In this document: piece by piece, positions 61,028-64,000 of the stretch | Layout of the letters: each line of letters opens with the position of its first letter | How positions within the stretch are numbered: position 1 is the first letter of the stretch | Origin: Enterobacteria phage vB_EcoM_IME540 | DNA length: 64,000 bases | Reading direction: 5' to 3' (one strand) | Sequence record: MT150133.1 | Program-made: the position numbers and the translations under genes | The notes under the pieces: model-generated | Seen by the model: only the letters and a program-made list of their open reading frames with translations | Databases searched by the model: none | Told to the model about the DNA's origin: nothing

Positions 61028-61876
61028 TTAATAAATGTAATCGTATATAATACCAGCTTCTAAAGCGGTGCGATGAATAATTCGACCATTACGAGATTCT
61101 TGTACATCAACCTCTGAATAGTCGGTAATCATTTTTTGAAGTGTATATCGGTGCAAATAATACGGGCTATCCGGGTCATCTGTTTTCCAGTCTTTGCCTT
61201 CAAGAGTCATTTTCTGGATTTCATCCATAACCCACCAACCAACCCAAATATATGCTGAATTACGAACAGGGAGTGGATGAACGTAAGGTAATTCGCCATC
61301 CGGAACCGGTGCGACTTTAGCCGTGACTGTTACATTACCGGTTTTTGTGACAGTCGCCGGGTTATAATCAGTCGCCGAAACCACAACAGAAACTTCAATA
61401 ACCTGCGAACCTTCAGTGCTTGTATCGATTGCTAGAGTATCCGTGGTGCCAACTACAGGAGAACCGTCTTTCTTCCAAGAATAGGCAAAAGTAGCACCAG
61501 CAGGAGCGCCGACCACATCCGCTTTAAAAGAAGCTGGAGTGCCTTCCGGAACATTAATCGAAGCTGGGGTTAATGTCACAGAAACACCGGAAATGGTTTT
61601 ATTCTGGATAGTTAAAGTTGTTTCAGCTTCAGCTGTTTCTGGTTCGCCGTCCGCCGGTGTAGTTGTTGCAACAACTTTAATAGTCTTGCTGCCTGCCGGG
61701 CCAACAGCAACATAATCCATTGCAGCAGTCACAGAAGATTGAGGAACGCCATCAACGGTCCAGACAAATGATTCGGTACCTTCAGCTGCAGCACCGGAAC
61801 CGGTCGCAGTGAAATTGGTTGTTGCTCCAATAACGGCCGTAGCCGCCAAAGGAGCCATATCTACGGTATAAGCCAT
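61028..61876 (-). CDS. hoc: Hoc highly immunogenic outer capsid protein, short (two Ig-like domains) form
   Basis: 282 aa. The C-terminal capsid-binding domain ELPYVHPLPVRNSAYIWVGWWVMDEIQKMTLEGKDWKTDDPDSPYYLHRYTLQKM matches T4 Hoc. The N-terminal part has two Ig-like repeats (T4: three; 376 aa). Confidence 0.9.
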   Translation of the reverse strand: MAYTVDMAPLAATAVIGATTNFTATGSGAAAEGTESFVWTVDGVPQSSVTAAMDYVAVGPAGSKTIKVVATTTPADGEPETAEAETTLTIQNKTISGVSVTLTPASINVPEGTPASFKADVVGAPAGATFAYSWKKDGSPVVGTTDTLAIDTSTEGSQVIEVSVVVSATDYNPATVTKTGNVTVTAKVAPVPDGELPYVHPLPVRNSAYIWVGWWVMDEIQKMTLEGKDWKTDDPDSPYYLHRYTLQKMITDYSEVDVQESRNGRIIHRTALEAGIIYDYIY

Positions 61877-61885
61877 AATAAACCC

Positions 61886-62557
61886 TTATTTTAAAGTGAC
61901 AAAAGATGAGTTACGAGTTTCACGTACTAATACTGAACCATTACGATTAATGTAATAAATCAGACTAAATAATGTTTGGTGGGCAGAAGGATGTTGGAAA
62001 GCAGTTGGACGTTCTTTCCAATCCGGAGTCTCAGAAATCCATTGGTAAATCCACCAAGGAACGGTGCAATAACCTGGGTTCTTACCGATAAGCAAAAGAT
62101 TAGGACTGAAGTTTTCAGGTAAAGAGAATACAGGTTTTTCAGATTCAACAACCTTGGCTATAGCCCCTTTGAATTTCTCTTCGTCAAATGGAACATCCTC
62201 TTCGATAATCTCTACCTTAGGAAGTTCGGCTACCTCAACGACTTCTACTGCAGCCTCAGGGGCATCGAACAACAGGGTGGCTTCTTCTTTAGCTGGTTCA
62301 GCACCATCAACAAATTCGTTAGCACCTGTAAGTTCGTCGGCAGCATCAATCAAATCAGAAATGGACAACCCTTCGGTTTCTGGAAGTGGTTCGTCAGCCA
62401 AGGCTTTAAAGCCTTCAGAGATATCGATAATCAAATTATCAAACGAACGGGTTTTCTTAAGTTTTAAACCGAACTGTTCGCCGTATTCGATTAACTTAGC
62501 TTTAGCTTCTTTTTTATCTTCGAGTGCACGAAGCTCTTCAATATATTGAGTATCCAT
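61886..62557 (-). CDS. inh: Inh, inhibitor of prohead protease gp21
   Basis: 223 aa (T4 about 226). Position between hoc and uvsW as in T4. Sequence identity not independently recalled. Confidence 0.7.
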   Translation of the reverse strand: MDTQYIEELRALEDKKEAKAKLIEYGEQFGLKLKKTRSFDNLIIDISEGFKALADEPLPETEGLSISDLIDAADELTGANEFVDGAEPAKEEATLLFDAPEAAVEVVEVAELPKVEIIEEDVPFDEEKFKGAIAKVVESEKPVFSLPENFSPNLLLIGKNPGYCTVPWWIYQWISETPDWKERPTAFQHPSAHQTLFSLIYYINRNGSVLVRETRNSSFVTLK

Positions 62558-62576
62558 AATTAGTCTCTTGTTGGTG

Positions 62577-62584
62577 TATAAATA
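62577..62584 (+). promoter_or_regulatory. late promoter TATAAATA (uvsW)
   Basis: Exact motif, intergenic, 28 nt before ATG 62613. Confidence 0.7.
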
Positions 62585-62590
62585 TAACTA

Positions 62591-62598
62591 TATTTATA
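62591..62598 (-). promoter_or_regulatory. late promoter TATAAATA (inh-hoc leftward)
   Basis: Exact motif on the minus strand, 34 nt before ATG 62557. Back-to-back with the uvsW promoter. Confidence 0.7.
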
Positions 62599-62612
62599 AC
62601 TGAGAATTACTT

Positions 62613-64000
62613 ATGCAAATTCAAGTACATTTTGATAATTTTAGTCATGTCCGTATTGAATGCGATGAATCTACATTCTACGAACTCAGAGACTATTTTA
62701 GCTTTGAAGCTGATGGATATAAATTCAACCCTAAATTTCGTTATGGCCAATGGGACGGACGTATTCGCCTTCTGGATTACAACCGTAAACTTCCTTATGG
62801 ATTGGTCCCTCAAATTAAAAAGTTCGCTGAACAATTTGAATACTCTCTGTGGATTGACCCACGTATTCTTGAACAGGAAGATATTTCTCGTGAAGATTTT
62901 GATTCATGGGTAGCTTCTCAAGAAATTTATTCAGGGTCTACCAAGATTGAGCCTCATTGGTATCAGAATGAAGCCGTATACAACGGCCTGACAAAACGTC
63001 GTGCAATTCTGAATTTACCTACATCCGCAGGTAAATCATTAATCCAGGCGCTCCTGAGTCGATATTACGTTGAGAACTATGAAGGTAAAATCCTCATCTT
63101 AGTTCCTACTACTGCACTTGTCGACCAGATGATTAATGACTTCATCGATTATCGATTGTTCCCTAAAGCAGCAATGCTTGGTATTCGTTCAGGTACTGCT
63201 CGTGATTCCGATGCAATGATTTATGTTTCAACTTATCAAACCGCTATCAAGCAACCTAAAGAATGGTTTGCTCAGTTCGGTATGTTTATGAACGACGAAT
63301 GCCATTTGGCTACAGGTAAATCTATTTCTACTATCATCGAAGGCCTAACCAACTGTATGTTTAAATTCGGTTTGTCGGGTTCTTTAAAAGATGGTAAAGC
63401 TAATTTAATGCAATATATGGGCTTGTTTGGTGATGTGTTTAAGCCAGTATCCACCTCCCAATTAATGGAAGAAGGACAGGTTACTGACCTTAAAATCAAC
63501 AGTATTTTCCTTCGATACCCAGACGAATTCACGGTTAAAATGAAAGGTAAAGATTACCAATCAGAAATCAAGGTCATTACTAAGGCTACTCGTCGTAATA
63601 AATGGGTTGCTAATTTAGCTGTTAAACTCGCTAAGAAAGAAGAGAACGTATTCCTGATGTTTAAAAACATCGAACACGGTAAAACTCTTTTTGAAATGGT
63701 TAAAGAGCAACATAAAGAAGTTTATTACGTATCAGGTGAAGTTAATACCGAAACGCGTAATGCTCTGAAGGTAATGGCGGAAAATGGTAAGGGTATTATT
63801 GTTGTGGCAAGTTATGGTGTGTTCTCTACAGGTATTTCCGTTAAGAACCTTCACCACGTTGTATTTGCCCATCCAGTAAAATCTAAAATCATTGTACTCC
63901 AGACAATTGGTCGTGTACTCCGTAAACATGCCTCTAAATCAACAGCACAGGTGTGGGATATCATCGACGACATGGGTGTTAAGCCTAAATCAGCTACGGC
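62613..64000 (+). CDS. uvsW: UvsW RNA-DNA / DNA-DNA helicase, 3' end cut by window edge
   Basis: My translation MQIQVHFDNFSHVRIECDESTFYELRDYFSFEADGYKFNPKFRYGQWDGRIRLLDY...LPTSAGKSLIQ...NDECH...VASYGVFSTGISVKNLHH...LQTIGRVLRKH matches T4 UvsW. Absent from the ORF track because no stop lies in the window. Confidence 0.93.
   Translation, partial: MQIQVHFDNFSHVRIECDESTFYELRDYFSFEADGYKFNPKFRYGQWDGRIRLLDYNRKLPYGLVPQIKKFAEQFEYSLWIDPRILEQEDISREDFDSWVASQEIYSGSTKIEPHWYQNEAVYNGLTKRRAILNLPTSAGKSLIQALLSRYYVENYEGKILILVPTTALVDQMINDFIDYRLFPKAAMLGIRSGTARDSDAMIYVSTYQTAIKQPKEWFAQFGMFMNDECHLATGKSISTIIEGLTNCMFKFGLSGSLKDGKANLMQYMGLFGDVFKPVSTSQLMEEGQVTDLKINSIFLRYPDEFTVKMKGKDYQSEIKVITKATRRNKWVANLAVKLAKKEENVFLMFKNIEHGKTLFEMVKEQHKEVYYVSGEVNTETRNALKVMAENGKGIIVVASYGVFSTGISVKNLHHVVFAHPVKSKIIVLQTIGRVLRKHASKSTAQVWDIIDDMGVKPKSAT

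Overview
This window is a contiguous segment of a T4-like (Tevenvirinae-type) myovirus genome. All identifications rest on reading the translations and on recalled similarity and synteny to phage T4; no searches were run. Positions 1-25185 are almost entirely minus-strand early/middle genes: rI, tk, a TARG1-like macrodomain gene, a secreted lytic transglycosylase, regB, denV, e, nudE, a hyperplastic ORFan block at 10963-18658, tRNA-Arg, segB, tRNA-Met, internal-protein genes, then 57B, 57A, 1, 3, 2 and 4. Positions 25231-59567 are the plus-strand late morphogenesis cluster: 53, 5, 5.1, 5.4, 6-12, wac, 13-24 and a second gene-24 paralogue. The right end carries rnlB, a small early gene, hoc and inh (minus strand), and uvsW (plus strand, cut by the window edge). 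Six free-standing homing endonuclease genes are present, four GIY-YIG and two HNH. Regulatory signals are readable directly: about 14 sigma70-type early promoters (GTTTAC / TGnTACTAT), most carrying a conserved 15-mer and an inverted repeat around the -10; two MotA-box middle promoters; about 15 TATAAATA late promoters, including two back-to-back divergent pairs; and several hairpin terminators. The leads most worth follow-up are (1) four tandem small paralogues that all end in W-x-S-S-x-Cys-COOH, inside a nine-gene ORFan early operon that also encodes a PspA-like protein and a membrane protein, (2) promoter-embedded hairpins that would sequester the Shine-Dalgarno in read-through RNA, (3) a possible stable-RNA locus and a terminator-flanked late membrane-protein cassette next to tRNA-Arg, (4) a tandem duplication of vertex gene 24 and an antisense early gene between 23 and 24, and (5) a TARG1/DarG-like macrodomain and a Pol-beta-type nucleotidyltransferase-like ORF.
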